Below are positions 6,830 through 16,578 of a DNA stretch of 64,000 nt, in pieces; position 1 is the first letter of the stretch, and each line of letters opens with the position of its first letter. The notes beneath the pieces are model-generated. The model did no database searches. It saw only the letters and a program-made list of their open reading frames with translations, and was not told where the DNA came from. The stretch is taken from NCBI GenBank assembly GCA_902614235.1, contig CACMKG010000002.1, positions 148,038-212,037 on the forward strand. The letters run 5' to 3'. The DNA comes from an uncultured SAR86 cluster bacterium (GTDB lineage: Bacteria; Pseudomonadota; Gammaproteobacteria; Magnimaribacterales; AG-339-G14). The translations under genes and the position numbers were made by a program.

Positions 6830-9640
6830 ATGGACTTAACTGAAGGAAATCAGCCTAAAACAATGGAAAACTTGGGTTCCCAACCACAGAAAAAAGAGGT
6901 TATAGAACCAGGCAAATTAAGAGTTATAAAAAGAAACGGATCAGTTGTAAACTTTGATTCATCTAAAATTGATGTTGCAATTACAAAAGCTTTTTTAGCA
7001 GTTCATACTAGTGCTGCTGCAGCTTCTTCTAGCGTTCAACAAAAAGTAAAAGAACTGTCAAAAAGCGTCTTCGAAACTTTTTCAAATCGTATGCCCTCTG
7101 GTGGAACCATCCATATAGAAGAAATCCAAGATCAAGTTGAACTTGCTTTAATGCGCACTGAAGAGTTAAAAGTGGCTCGTGCTTATGTTCTTTACAGAGC
7201 AGAGAGAACAAAAGTTAGAGAGGAAGAGTCTCCGCTTCTTGCAGAAAATAAAGTAGAGCCTTCCGAAAGAACAGAGCTTATTGCAAACGAAGCTTGCGAG
7301 GGCTTAAAAGGCACAGAGCCTTCCAAAATATTAGGTGAAGCAAGAAAAAATCTTTATGAGGGAGCGCCAGAAGAAGAGATTAAGGAGGCTTTAATTCTTT
7401 CTTCAAGGTCTCTCGTTGAAATTGAACCAAATTATACTTACGCAACTGCAAGAATCCTGCTTGATAGCCTCAGAACTGAAGCCTTGAGTTTTTTAAAAGT
7501 AAAAGACAATGCAACCTTTGCTGAAATGAAAAGTTTATATGGTACGTCGTTAGGAGCTTTTATAGATAAGGCAATTTCTTTAGAGCTTATAGACCCAGAG
7601 CTTCGAAAAATGGACCTAGAATTCCTTGGAAGTCAAATAAAGCCAGAAAGGGATCTTTTGTTTTCATATTTAGGACTTCAAACGCTTTATGATAGGTATT
7701 TTATCCATAGCGATGAAGTAAGATTTGAGTTGCCTCAGGTTTTTTTCATGAGGGTTGCGATGGGTCTTGCTATTGCAGAAGATAATAGAGAAGAGAGAGC
7801 TGTTGAATTTTATAATCTTCTATCATCTTTTGACTATATGAGCTCAACTCCAACACTTTTTAATGCTGGAACGCCTCATTCGCAATTATCCTCTTGTTAC
7901 TTAACAACTGTTCCAGACGATCTCCATGGGATATATGGCGCTCTTCAGGATAACGCTATGCTGTCTAAATGGGCTGGTGGTCTCGGAAATGACTGGACTC
8001 CTGTAAGGGGAATGGGCGCACACATAAAAGGAACAAATGGAAAATCGCAAGGGGTAGTTCCCTTTCTAAAAGTTGTCAATGATACAGCCGTTGCAGTCAA
8101 TCAAGGAGGCAAAAGAAAAGGAGCCGTTTGTTCTTATCTGGAAACCTGGCATCTTGATATCGAAGAGTTTGTAGAACTAAGAAAAAATACAGGAGATGAT
8201 CGAAGAAGAACTCATGATATGAACACCGCCAATTGGGTACCTGATTTGTTTATGGAAAGAGTTTTTGAAGGAAAAAAATGGACCCTTTTTACTCCCAATG
8301 AAACACCTGATCTACATGACTTAACAGGGTCTGCTTTCAAAACAAGATACGAAGAATATGAAAAGGCAGCACAAAATGGCAAGATAAAAGTTTTTAAAGA
8401 AGTAGAAGCAGAAGAGCTATGGAGAAAAATCATTTCGATGCTCTTCGAAACGGGCCACCCATGGATAACATTTAAAGATGCCTGTAATCTAAGATCTCCT
8501 CAACAACATGCAGGAGTAATTCATTCTTCAAATCTATGCACAGAAATTACGCTTAATACTTCTGAAGATGAAATTGCTGTTTGCAACTTAGGATCTGTAA
8601 ACCTGCCAAATCACCTCAACGAAAAAGGTGAGTTAGATGAAGGCAAAATTGAAAAAACAGTAGCAACAGCTATAAGAATGTTAGATAACGTCATCGATAT
8701 TAATTATTATGCGGTTCCTCAAGCAAAAAATTCTAATGCTAAACATAGACCTATTGGTCTGGGCTTAATGGGCTTCCAAGATGCTCTTTATATAAGAAAA
8801 ACTCCATATGCTTCTGATGAAGCAGTTGAATTTGCTGACAACTCAATGGAAATGATTAGTTATTACGCGATTAAGTCATCTTCTGATCTAGCTAAAGAGA
8901 GGGGAACTTATTCCTCTTACGAGGGCTCTTTGTGGAGTCAAGGAGTGATGCCTTTAGACTCAATAAGCATTGTAGAAGAACAAAGAGGTGAAGGATACAT
9001 TGAGGTAGATAAGTCTACTAAGATGGATTGGGATGCCCTTAAGAAAAAAGTAAAGGCTCAGGGAATGAGAAACTCTAATGTTATGGCAATTGCTCCTACT
9101 GCAACAATCGCAAATATAACGGGGCTAACTCAATCAATCGAACCAACTTATTCTAATCTATTTGTTAAATCTAACTTATCAGGAGAATTTACTGTAATCA
9201 ACATGCACTTAGTTGATGCATTAAAGGAAATAGATATGTGGGATGAAGTCATGGTTTATGATCTGAAAAACCTCAATGGAAGTTTAGAAGGAATAAATAG
9301 AGTACCTGAGGATATAAAAAAACTTTTCGCAACCTCTTTTGAAGTTGAGCCAAGATGGCTTATCGAATCTGCAAGTAGAAGACAAAAATGGATTGATCAA
9401 AGCCAGTCACTAAATCTCTATATTTCAGATCCTAATGGTAAGAAATTAGATGTCATGTACAGAATGGCTTGGTTAAAAGGTTTAAAAACTACTTATTATT
9501 TAAGATCAAGAAGTGCTACAACTTCTGAAAAATCAACAATTACTAATTTAGAACTTAACGCAGTCAAATCAGCAGCGCAAGTCCCGGAAGCTCCGTCAGC
9601 TTGTTCCATACTGGATCCTGATTGCGATGCATGCCAATAA
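6830..9640 (+). CDS. nrdA: Class Ia ribonucleoside-diphosphate reductase, alpha subunit
   Basis: ATP-cone (LRVIKRNGSVVNFDSSKI...ARAYVLYRAER), active-site NLCTEI, and a C-terminal redox Cys pair (CDACQ); 936 aa. Confidence 0.96.
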   Translation: MDLTEGNQPKTMENLGSQPQKKEVIEPGKLRVIKRNGSVVNFDSSKIDVAITKAFLAVHTSAAAASSSVQQKVKELSKSVFETFSNRMPSGGTIHIEEIQDQVELALMRTEELKVARAYVLYRAERTKVREEESPLLAENKVEPSERTELIANEACEGLKGTEPSKILGEARKNLYEGAPEEEIKEALILSSRSLVEIEPNYTYATARILLDSLRTEALSFLKVKDNATFAEMKSLYGTSLGAFIDKAISLELIDPELRKMDLEFLGSQIKPERDLLFSYLGLQTLYDRYFIHSDEVRFELPQVFFMRVAMGLAIAEDNREERAVEFYNLLSSFDYMSSTPTLFNAGTPHSQLSSCYLTTVPDDLHGIYGALQDNAMLSKWAGGLGNDWTPVRGMGAHIKGTNGKSQGVVPFLKVVNDTAVAVNQGGKRKGAVCSYLETWHLDIEEFVELRKNTGDDRRRTHDMNTANWVPDLFMERVFEGKKWTLFTPNETPDLHDLTGSAFKTRYEEYEKAAQNGKIKVFKEVEAEELWRKIISMLFETGHPWITFKDACNLRSPQQHAGVIHSSNLCTEITLNTSEDEIAVCNLGSVNLPNHLNEKGELDEGKIEKTVATAIRMLDNVIDINYYAVPQAKNSNAKHRPIGLGLMGFQDALYIRKTPYASDEAVEFADNSMEMISYYAIKSSSDLAKERGTYSSYEGSLWSQGVMPLDSISIVEEQRGEGYIEVDKSTKMDWDALKKKVKAQGMRNSNVMAIAPTATIANITGLTQSIEPTYSNLFVKSNLSGEFTVINMHLVDALKEIDMWDEVMVYDLKNLNGSLEGINRVPEDIKKLFATSFEVEPRWLIESASRRQKWIDQSQSLNLYISDPNGKKLDVMYRMAWLKGLKTTYYLRSRSATTSEKSTITNLELNAVKSAAQVPEAPSACSILDPDCDACQ

Positions 9641-9657
9641 AATAAAGGAGGACAATT

Positions 9658-10902
9658 ATGTTATCTTGGGATGATTTCGATAAAAACGAAGAAATAAAAA
9701 AAGAAGAGCCAGTTCAAAACAAAGTTATAGAAAAGTCTGTAATTGAAAAAACTGAATCCTTAAATGAAGAAGTAGAGCCCGTTTTATCTTCCGAACAAAA
9801 CAGTTCAAACAGAGAAGAAAAAGCTCTACATGGTCTTGAAAATCTAGACACTGAAGCTGGACTTGCAGATTTAGAAGGCGCATCGGGTAGAGTCGATGTA
9901 AGCGAAAAAATGATGATTAACTGTCGAGCTGACGTCAACCAACTCGTGCCTTTCAAATATGACTGGGCATGGCAAAAATATTTAGATGGAAGTGCAAACC
10001 ATTGGATGCCCCAAGAGATTAATATGACTGCAGACGTGGCTTTATGGAAAAGTAATGATGGTTTGACTGAAGACGAAAGAAGAATAGTCATGAGAAACCT
10101 AGGTTTCTTTTCTACTGCTGATTCTTTAGTTGCAAACAATATTGTTTTGAGTGTTTACAAGCAAATAACGAACCCTGAATGTAGACAGTATCTTCTTAGA
10201 CAAGCCCTAGAAGAAGCTATTCATACTCACGCTTATCAATATGTGATCGAGTCGTTAGGAATGGACGAAGGAGAAATCTTTAATATGTATAAAGAAGTTC
10301 CTTCGGTGGCACGAAAAGCAGCTTGGGCTTTGCCATTTACAAACTCAATGGCAGATGAAAATTTCAAAACAGGCACCTTAGAAGACGATAAAACTTTGCT
10401 AAGAAATTTAATTGCGTTTTATTGTGTCTTAGAAGGAATTTTCTTCTACTGTGGATTTACTCAAATACTGTCTATGGGAAATAGAAATAAAATGACCGGA
10501 ACGGCCGAACAGTTTCAATACATTTTAAGAGATGAATCAATGCATGTTAATTTTGGTATTGATATGATTAATCAAATTAAACTTGAAAATCCTCAACTAT
10601 GGGATGAGGCCATGCAAGAAGAAGCAGCCGAAATGATTCTTCAAGGTACTGCATTAGAAATAGAATATGCCAAAGACACTATGCCTACTGGAATTCTTGG
10701 AATGAATTCAGATATGATGGCTGAGTACCTAAGGTTTATTGCTAACAGAAGATTAACCCAAATTGGCTTAACCGAAGAGTTCCCTAACGCAACAAATCCT
10801 TTCCCTTGGATGTCCGAAATAATGGATTTAAGGAAAGAGAAAAACTTTTTCGAGACAAGAGTCATCGAGTATCAAACTGGTGGCGCACTCAGTTGGGACT
10901 AA
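9658..10902 (+). CDS. nrdB: Class Ia ribonucleoside-diphosphate reductase, beta subunit (long Pseudomonas-type N-terminus)
   Basis: Di-iron ligand motifs EEAIHTHAY and RDESMHVNF. The N-terminus MLSWDDFDK...[23 protein letters not shown] follows the Pseudomonas NrdB pattern. SD AAGGAGG lies 6 nt upstream. Confidence 0.95.
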   Translation: MLSWDDFDKNEEIKKEEPVQNKVIEKSVIEKTESLNEEVEPVLSSEQNSSNREEKALHGLENLDTEAGLADLEGASGRVDVSEKMMINCRADVNQLVPFKYDWAWQKYLDGSANHWMPQEINMTADVALWKSNDGLTEDERRIVMRNLGFFSTADSLVANNIVLSVYKQITNPECRQYLLRQALEEAIHTHAYQYVIESLGMDEGEIFNMYKEVPSVARKAAWALPFTNSMADENFKTGTLEDDKTLLRNLIAFYCVLEGIFFYCGFTQILSMGNRNKMTGTAEQFQYILRDESMHVNFGIDMINQIKLENPQLWDEAMQEEAAEMILQGTALEIEYAKDTMPTGILGMNSDMMAEYLRFIANRRLTQIGLTEEFPNATNPFPWMSEIMDLRKEKNFFETRVIEYQTGGALSWD

Positions 10903-11635
10903 AAGCCCGTTAGTCATAGCTCATAGAGGAGCCTCTTACAAGGCGCCTGAAAATACTTTAGCTGCTTATAGTTTGGCTTGGAAATTAAATAGTGATGCTA
11001 TTGAACTTGATATCAGAAAGACCAAAGACGGTTTTCTCGTATGCTCTCACGATAATAATTTAAGTAGAATATCTTCAAACCGGAAGAGCATATCTTCTAT
11101 GCTCTTATCAGAGTTAACTAAAGTAGACGTTGGTTCTTGGAAATCTAAAGAATATAAAAATGAAAGAATGCCTCTTTTATCAAAGGTTTTATCAACTATT
11201 CCTAAAGGGAAAAAAGTTTTTATTGAGATCAAAGGAGCTCTTAAAGAAATAGATGAATTAATATCGATCGTAAAAAAATCTAAATTAAAAATAAAAGACT
11301 GTCATTTTCTGTCTTATATTCCAGCAAATATAAAAAAAATTAAAAAAGATTTTCCAAATTTTAAAGCAACCTTAAACACAATACCCGCCTTCTATAATTA
11401 CGAGATAGAAAAAATTAAAAAATTAATGAAAAGTACTAATTCGGATGGAATTAGTCTCCATATAGATTCGAGTGAATCCATTAAGCTTGTAAAAGAATTA
11501 AAAAAAGAAGAAAACTTTGTCCTAACTTGGACAGTTAATGACAGTAGATTTATGAGAAAACTAACCAAATGGCAAGCTGACGGCATCATCACAGATTATC
11601 CGCAAAAACTAATCAAGATTCTTAATAAAAAATAA
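10880..11635 (+). CDS. Glycerophosphodiester phosphodiesterase (GDPD family, cytoplasmic type)
   Basis: [16 protein letters not shown] (HRG...ENT) and [10 protein letters not shown] motifs. The only available start is GTG at 10880, overlapping the nrdB end by 23 nt, so the start is uncertain. Confidence 0.78.
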   Translation: MAHSVGTKSPLVIAHRGASYKAPENTLAAYSLAWKLNSDAIELDIRKTKDGFLVCSHDNNLSRISSNRKSISSMLLSELTKVDVGSWKSKEYKNERMPLLSKVLSTIPKGKKVFIEIKGALKEIDELISIVKKSKLKIKDCHFLSYIPANIKKIKKDFPNFKATLNTIPAFYNYEIEKIKKLMKSTNSDGISLHIDSSESIKLVKELKKEENFVLTWTVNDSRFMRKLTKWQADGIITDYPQKLIKILNKK

Positions 11636-11663
11636 CTTATCATTAAAAAGTATTTAATAAATT

Positions 11664-12590
11664 ATGAATGCATTAAAAAAATTGACTGGCGGGCTTTATT
11701 TTGGAGAGGGTCCAAGATGGCACGATGGTAAATTATGGTTTTCAGATTTTTACTCTCACAAAGTTATGACATTGAATGAAAACAATCTATTAGAAACGGT
11801 GTGTAAAGTTCCTAATCAGCCATCCGGTCTAGGTTGGTTGCCAAACGGAGATCTTTTGATAGTCTCTATGTTGGATAGAAAAATTTTAAGATATTCAAAT
11901 GGTCAAATCTCAGTTCACGCAGATTTATCAGAATACGTAACTCACAAGTGTAATGACATGGTTGTTAGTAAAGACGGCACTGCGTATGTTGGTAATTTTG
12001 GAATGGAAGATGCTGGTGAGAATCTAAATTCTACTCATTTGATGATTGTGAAATCTGATGGTTCTGTTTTAAAAGGTCCAGATAAGATTCTTTTTCCAAA
12101 CGGAACTGTAATAACAGAAGATGGAAAAAAGTTAATCGTTGCTGAAACCCTGGGAGCAAAATTAACTTCTTTTGATATTAATGAGAAAGGAGAACTTACA
12201 AATAGAAAATTATGGGCAAGAACCTCGCCTGTATTTTCACTTTTAATAATAAGGTTTTTGAGTGCTTTGGGTTTTGATTTATCTAAAGTAGATTTTTCAA
12301 AATATTCGAAAAACCTTCATGTGCCAGATGGAATTTGTTTAGACGAAAAAGATGGGATTTGGATAGCTTCTCCTACAACTAATGCTGTAGTAAGAATAGA
12401 AAAAGGTGGCAATATCACAGATACTATTAAAACTCCTAAAGGCGCTTTTGCTTGTATGTTAGGCGGGAAAGAAAGGAAAACCTTGTACGTGATTCTTTCA
12501 AACAGCTCTGATCCTGAAGAAGCCCAACTAAGCCCTGAAGGAGAAATTCACTCTATAGAAGTAGATATCCCTGGAACCGGAAAACCTTAG
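11664..12590 (+). CDS. SMP-30/gluconolactonase/LRE family protein (putative lactonase)
   Basis: GEGPRW N-terminal motif, repeated PNG/PDG beta-propeller strands (LPNGDL, FPNGTV, VPDGICLD); 308 aa. Confidence 0.7.
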   Translation: MNALKKLTGGLYFGEGPRWHDGKLWFSDFYSHKVMTLNENNLLETVCKVPNQPSGLGWLPNGDLLIVSMLDRKILRYSNGQISVHADLSEYVTHKCNDMVVSKDGTAYVGNFGMEDAGENLNSTHLMIVKSDGSVLKGPDKILFPNGTVITEDGKKLIVAETLGAKLTSFDINEKGELTNRKLWARTSPVFSLLIIRFLSALGFDLSKVDFSKYSKNLHVPDGICLDEKDGIWIASPTTNAVVRIEKGGNITDTIKTPKGAFACMLGGKERKTLYVILSNSSDPEEAQLSPEGEIHSIEVDIPGTGKP

Positions 12591-13495
12591 CTCTTTCCAA
12601 TCAGCTCAAATATTTTGACAGTTTGATCGCCGCCTTGATAAGGGAGTTTTGCATCAGTCATATCTGATATTTTTTCCCAATTATCAGCAATATTTTCTGC
12701 AGTCATATTTTCGCCTGTTCCAAGATTAACGCCCATTGTTTCGTGAATCATTACTCTGGTGAAGACTCCTGCGCCTGCAGCTATTATTGCACCATTCGGA
12801 GCATCTTCAGAAACCATATAAGTTACTGCAGGAGTTACAAATTCTGGTTGAAGTTTATCTAAAACTTCTCCCGGCATTAAATCTTCTGTCATTCTTGTCC
12901 CTGCTACAGGAGCCAAAGCATTACATTTGATATTATATTTCGCCCCTTCAAGTTTTAAAGTATTGATTAAACCAACACAACCAAGTTTTGCTGCACCATA
13001 ATTGGTTTGTCCAAAATTTCCGTATAAACCGCTAGAGGAAGAAGTAACTACTATTCTTCCATAATTTTGCTCTTTCATAATCTCCCAAACAGCTTTGCAG
13101 CAATTCACACTTCCCATCAAATGAACCTCTAAAACAAGCCTAAAATCTTCATCGGATACTTTTGCAAAGCTTTTATCTCTCAATATTCCTGCGTTATTGA
13201 CTAGAATGTCTATGCGACCCCATTTATCCATAGTTTCTTTAACCATTTCCTCTACTTGAGATACATCTGTAACACTTGCACCGTTGGCCATAGCTTCGCC
13301 TCCAGCAGCGGTTATTTCTTCGACCACTTTTTCTGCTGCAGATAAAGAACCATCATCAGAACCATCAACATTTCCGCCCAAATCATTTACAACTACTTTG
13401 GCTCCTCTTTTGGCTAAATCTAAAGCATGACATCTGCCTAAACCGCCTCCTGCTCCAGTAACAATTGCTACTTTTCCTTCAAAATTAATGGTCAT
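12587..13495 (-). CDS. SDR-family 3-hydroxyacyl-CoA dehydrogenase, MFE-2 (HSD17B4) dehydrogenase-domain type
   Basis: VTGAGGGLGRCHALDLAKRGAKVVVNDLGG, NNAGILRD and YGAAK, with the C-terminal tail typical of the peroxisomal multifunctional-enzyme-type SDR. Confidence 0.78.
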   Translation of the reverse strand: MTINFEGKVAIVTGAGGGLGRCHALDLAKRGAKVVVNDLGGNVDGSDDGSLSAAEKVVEEITAAGGEAMANGASVTDVSQVEEMVKETMDKWGRIDILVNNAGILRDKSFAKVSDEDFRLVLEVHLMGSVNCCKAVWEIMKEQNYGRIVVTSSSSGLYGNFGQTNYGAAKLGCVGLINTLKLEGAKYNIKCNALAPVAGTRMTEDLMPGEVLDKLQPEFVTPAVTYMVSEDAPNGAIIAAGAGVFTRVMIHETMGVNLGTGENMTAENIADNWEKISDMTDAKLPYQGGDQTVKIFELIGKS

Positions 13496-13553
13496 TTAGT
13501 TCTCCTTGTTATTAAATACGCGTTTAATTATTTCAAGTCGATAATATTACATC

Positions 13554-15095
13554 TTGTCTGAAGCTAAGCAAAATAAAATAGTAGAAAAAAATACTGCAGT
13601 AATTGTTGGCATTGGTGATTATGTTGATAAATCAAAAGAAGATGGTTTGAATCTTCAAGAACTTTTGGCCAAAGCGAGTTCATTAGCAATTCAAGATAGC
13701 GGTATCAAAGACTTAAATCATCATATTGATTATGTTGGAGTTGTCAGATTTTCAGTCGATTTTTTAACAGCTTCAAATCAATCAAATTTTCAGTATTCAA
13801 ACTTTCCTAGAACGTTGGGAAATAAGCTAGGCATTTCTGCTAAAGAAGAAGTATATGCGCCGATGGGGGGGAATAGCCCTCAAGTTCTTCTTGATGATGC
13901 TTTAACTAAAATATCAGCTGGAGAAGTAGATTGCGCTTTGTTATCCGGAGGTGAAGCTTTGCAGACGATGATAGCGAGATTGAAGTCGGGTTTGTCTTTA
14001 GATTGGTTAGATGAGCCTGGAGGGAAACCCGAGATGATTGGCAATAATTCTATCGGATTTTCTGAGCATGAAAAATTACATGGCATGGATCTTCCTACAA
14101 ATGTCTATCCTTTGTTTGCAAATGCATTAAGAGGACAAGAAAACAAAACAGCCAAAACCCATCTAAAAGAGAGCAGCGAATTATTCAGTGAATTTAGTAA
14201 AGTTGCGGCCAATAACCCTTTATCATGGTTTCCAACCTATCGAAGTTCTCGAGAAATATCTGAAGTAACTCCAGAAAATCGCATGATAGGTTTTCCATAC
14301 ACTAAATATCTAAATTCCATTATAAGAGTGAATATGTCTTCTGCTTTTATATTGATGTCTCAAAAAAAAGCTGATGAATTAAGCATACCAAGCTCAAAAA
14401 GAATATATGTTCATGGGTGCTCAATATTAGATGATATTTGGAATGTGACTGAAAGACCAAATTTTCATAGTTCTCCTGCTATCAATAAGTGTGTCAATCA
14501 AACTTTAGATAAAGCGGAGATTTCTCTATCTGACATAAAATACTTTGATTTGTACTCTTGTTTTCCTTCTGCAGTTCAAATAGCCAAAAAAGAACTCAAC
14601 ATTCCTCAGGAGAAAAAAGATTTAACTGTTACTGGCGGATTGCCATATTTTGGTGGTCCAGGAAATTCTTATACTATATTTTCAACTACAGAAATGGTAA
14701 GGCGGCTTAGAAATGATCCAAAATCTTTTGGGTTATTAACTGCCAACTCATGGTTTATTACAAAGCATGCTGCTGTAATAATGTCTTCAAAACCCTCTAG
14801 ACCTTATGAAAAAATAAAAAATTCTGTCGAACAGAAAAAAATAAATCAAAAAGCCATTACAAACTTTACTGAAAATCCCGAAGGAAATGGAAAAATAGAT
14901 ACATACACCGTAATAAATGGTCGTAAAGGTCCAGAATTTGCTTTAATAATCGGCACATTAGAAAATGGCTGGCGTTTTGTTGCTAACAGTGAGAAAGATA
15001 ACTTTTTATTAGAAAAAATGATGAAAAAAGAAATGTTGGAAGCAAAAGTTTCAGTTTCAAAAAAAGAAGGAAAAAATATATTTAACTTAATTTAA
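13554..15095 (+). CDS. Thiolase-fold protein lacking the canonical catalytic Cys/His, with C-terminal OB-fold (DUF35-like) tail
   Basis: TTG start. Thiolase-like blocks are present, but the nucleophile position reads PMGGNSPQ instead of xxCxSG. HDCF is replaced by YSCF, and GHPxGATG by GGPGNSYT. The last ~90 aa (GKIDTYTVINGRKGPEFALIIGTLENGWRFVAN) look like a DUF35 OB-fold. Confidence 0.65.
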   Translation: MSEAKQNKIVEKNTAVIVGIGDYVDKSKEDGLNLQELLAKASSLAIQDSGIKDLNHHIDYVGVVRFSVDFLTASNQSNFQYSNFPRTLGNKLGISAKEEVYAPMGGNSPQVLLDDALTKISAGEVDCALLSGGEALQTMIARLKSGLSLDWLDEPGGKPEMIGNNSIGFSEHEKLHGMDLPTNVYPLFANALRGQENKTAKTHLKESSELFSEFSKVAANNPLSWFPTYRSSREISEVTPENRMIGFPYTKYLNSIIRVNMSSAFILMSQKKADELSIPSSKRIYVHGCSILDDIWNVTERPNFHSSPAINKCVNQTLDKAEISLSDIKYFDLYSCFPSAVQIAKKELNIPQEKKDLTVTGGLPYFGGPGNSYTIFSTTEMVRRLRNDPKSFGLLTANSWFITKHAAVIMSSKPSRPYEKIKNSVEQKKINQKAITNFTENPEGNGKIDTYTVINGRKGPEFALIIGTLENGWRFVANSEKDNFLLEKMMKKEMLEAKVSVSKKEGKNIFNLI

Positions 15096-15106
15096 GGGAA
15101 AAAGTA

Positions 15107-16102
15107 ATGAAAGAAATAAATGTTTTAGTTACAGGGGCAGCAGGTCAAATTGGTTACGCACTCTTAACGAGATTAGCAAGCGGAGAAACGTTTGGAAAAG
15201 ATACTAAAGTAAATCTAAATTTGGTGGAAGTACCTCAGGTGGCCTCAAAATTAGAAGGCTCTAGAATGGAATTGGAAGATTGTGGATTTAATGCATTAGG
15301 TGAAATCAAGAGTTTTTCGGACATTAACGAAGCTTCAGGTGATATAGATTGGGCTTTATTAGTGGGAAGTATTCCAAGAGGGATAACTATAAATGGTAAA
15401 AAAATTGAAGAACGTGCGGATTTGTTAAAAATTAATGGAGGAATTTTCACTGAACAAGGCAAAGCTTTGGGAGAAAATGCAAAACAAAATGCAAAAATTT
15501 TAGTAGTAGGAAATCCAGCTAATACCAATGCGCTTATTGGGTGCACTCACGGAAATAACTCGACACAAACTTGGATGGCTATGACAGCTTTAGATTCAAA
15601 CAGAGCTAAAGCCCAAGTTGCAAATAAATGCAATGTTGCGATATCTGATATTAAAAAAATGACCATATGGGGAAATCATAGTCCTACTATGTATCCAGAT
15701 CTCGATAATGCTGAAATAAATAATGAATCTGTCAGCACTCTAATAAATGATAAAAGCTGGATTGAAAAAGATTTTTTACAAATTGTTCAACAACGAGGAA
15801 AAGCTATTATTGATGCAAGAGGCGCATCATCAGCAACTTCTGCAGCCAACGCAGCTATAGATACAGTAAAAGCAACATTAAGTGAAACTGCTGAAGATGA
15901 TTGGTTCAGTGCAGCCGTGATGAGCGATGGCAGTTACAATGTACCGGAGGGTATTATTTTTGGTTTTCCTTTAAGGACAAACGCATCAGGAGAAATATCA
16001 ATAGTCCAGAATTTACCAATCAGCGAATATGCCCAAGATAAAATCAATTTAACTACCCAGGAACTTTTAGACGAGAAAAAAGACGTAAGTGACTTGCTTT
16101 AG
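15107..16102 (+). CDS. mdh: Malate dehydrogenase (NAD-dependent, long cytosolic-like type)
   Basis: VTGAAGQIGY, GNPANTNA and WGNHS motifs; 331 aa. Confidence 0.92.
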   Translation: MKEINVLVTGAAGQIGYALLTRLASGETFGKDTKVNLNLVEVPQVASKLEGSRMELEDCGFNALGEIKSFSDINEASGDIDWALLVGSIPRGITINGKKIEERADLLKINGGIFTEQGKALGENAKQNAKILVVGNPANTNALIGCTHGNNSTQTWMAMTALDSNRAKAQVANKCNVAISDIKKMTIWGNHSPTMYPDLDNAEINNESVSTLINDKSWIEKDFLQIVQQRGKAIIDARGASSATSAANAAIDTVKATLSETAEDDWFSAAVMSDGSYNVPEGIIFGFPLRTNASGEISIVQNLPISEYAQDKINLTTQELLDEKKDVSDLL

Positions 16103-16228
16103 TCAGTGACGATGCATGATGTGCTCAAAAGAATGTTCCATCTTAACCAATTGAGTTTGGTATAAGTTGTAAAGAAAAAAACTTCCAATTGAAAGGATTG
16201 CTATCAATAATAATATGCCTTTTCTCAT
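16103..16228 (-). CDS. Possible unannotated 41-aa membrane mini-protein with His-rich tail
   Basis: Own translation: MRKGILLLIAILSIGSFFLYNLYQTQLVKMEHSFEHIMHRH. Its ATG overlaps the TGA of the upstream gene (ATGA at 16225-16228). Its stop abuts the mdh stop with 0 nt between them. It is below the ORF-track size cutoff. Confidence 0.3.
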   Translation of the reverse strand: MRKGILLLIAILSIGSFFLYNLYQTQLVKMEHSFEHIMHRH

Positions 16229-16578
16229 TCTTTTAGGTATTTTGGATTATCTATCTTTATTTTTTCTATCGTTAAATCATATAAAAAATCTAAAAGAGAT
16301 TGATCTTCAATGCTAAGTTCTTCGTTTCGAATTTTTTCTGAAATTTTTTTAACAGAAAAATTATCCTCTTTCAATAAGTCTAAGCCTTTATTAAAAAAAG
16401 ATTCGTCTATTTTTCTACCCAAGTTCACTTCTCTTTTCACAATATTAAGAACATTCATAACTATAAGAAATTTAAACCTATTATCTTTTGTATAATCGTT
16501 GGATTCTATTTCTTCATTTACAAAGCCTAGAACTGCCTCTAGTAATTCCTTTGATGTAGGTCGATCAAAAATGTTCAT
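16225..16578 (-). CDS. Small helical protein, LvaB-like/DUF6285-like partner of the adjacent phosphotransferase
   Basis: 117 aa with no enzyme motifs. It has 4-nt overlaps with both neighbours. The position and size match the small subunit found next to LvaA-type kinases (family assignment from memory, not verified). Confidence 0.45.
   Translation of the reverse strand: MNIFDRPTSKELLEAVLGFVNEEIESNDYTKDNRFKFLIVMNVLNIVKREVNLGRKIDESFFNKGLDLLKEDNFSVKKISEKIRNEELSIEDQSLLDFLYDLTIEKIKIDNPKYLKE

Noticed and set aside
13496-13553. The ACGCGT-centred partial palindrome (TTAAATACGCGTTTAA) between the divergent SDR and thiolase-fold genes could be an operator.
   Set aside because: The arms are not truly symmetric beyond the 6-bp core, and no regulator gene is adjacent. 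The evidence is insufficient for a call.
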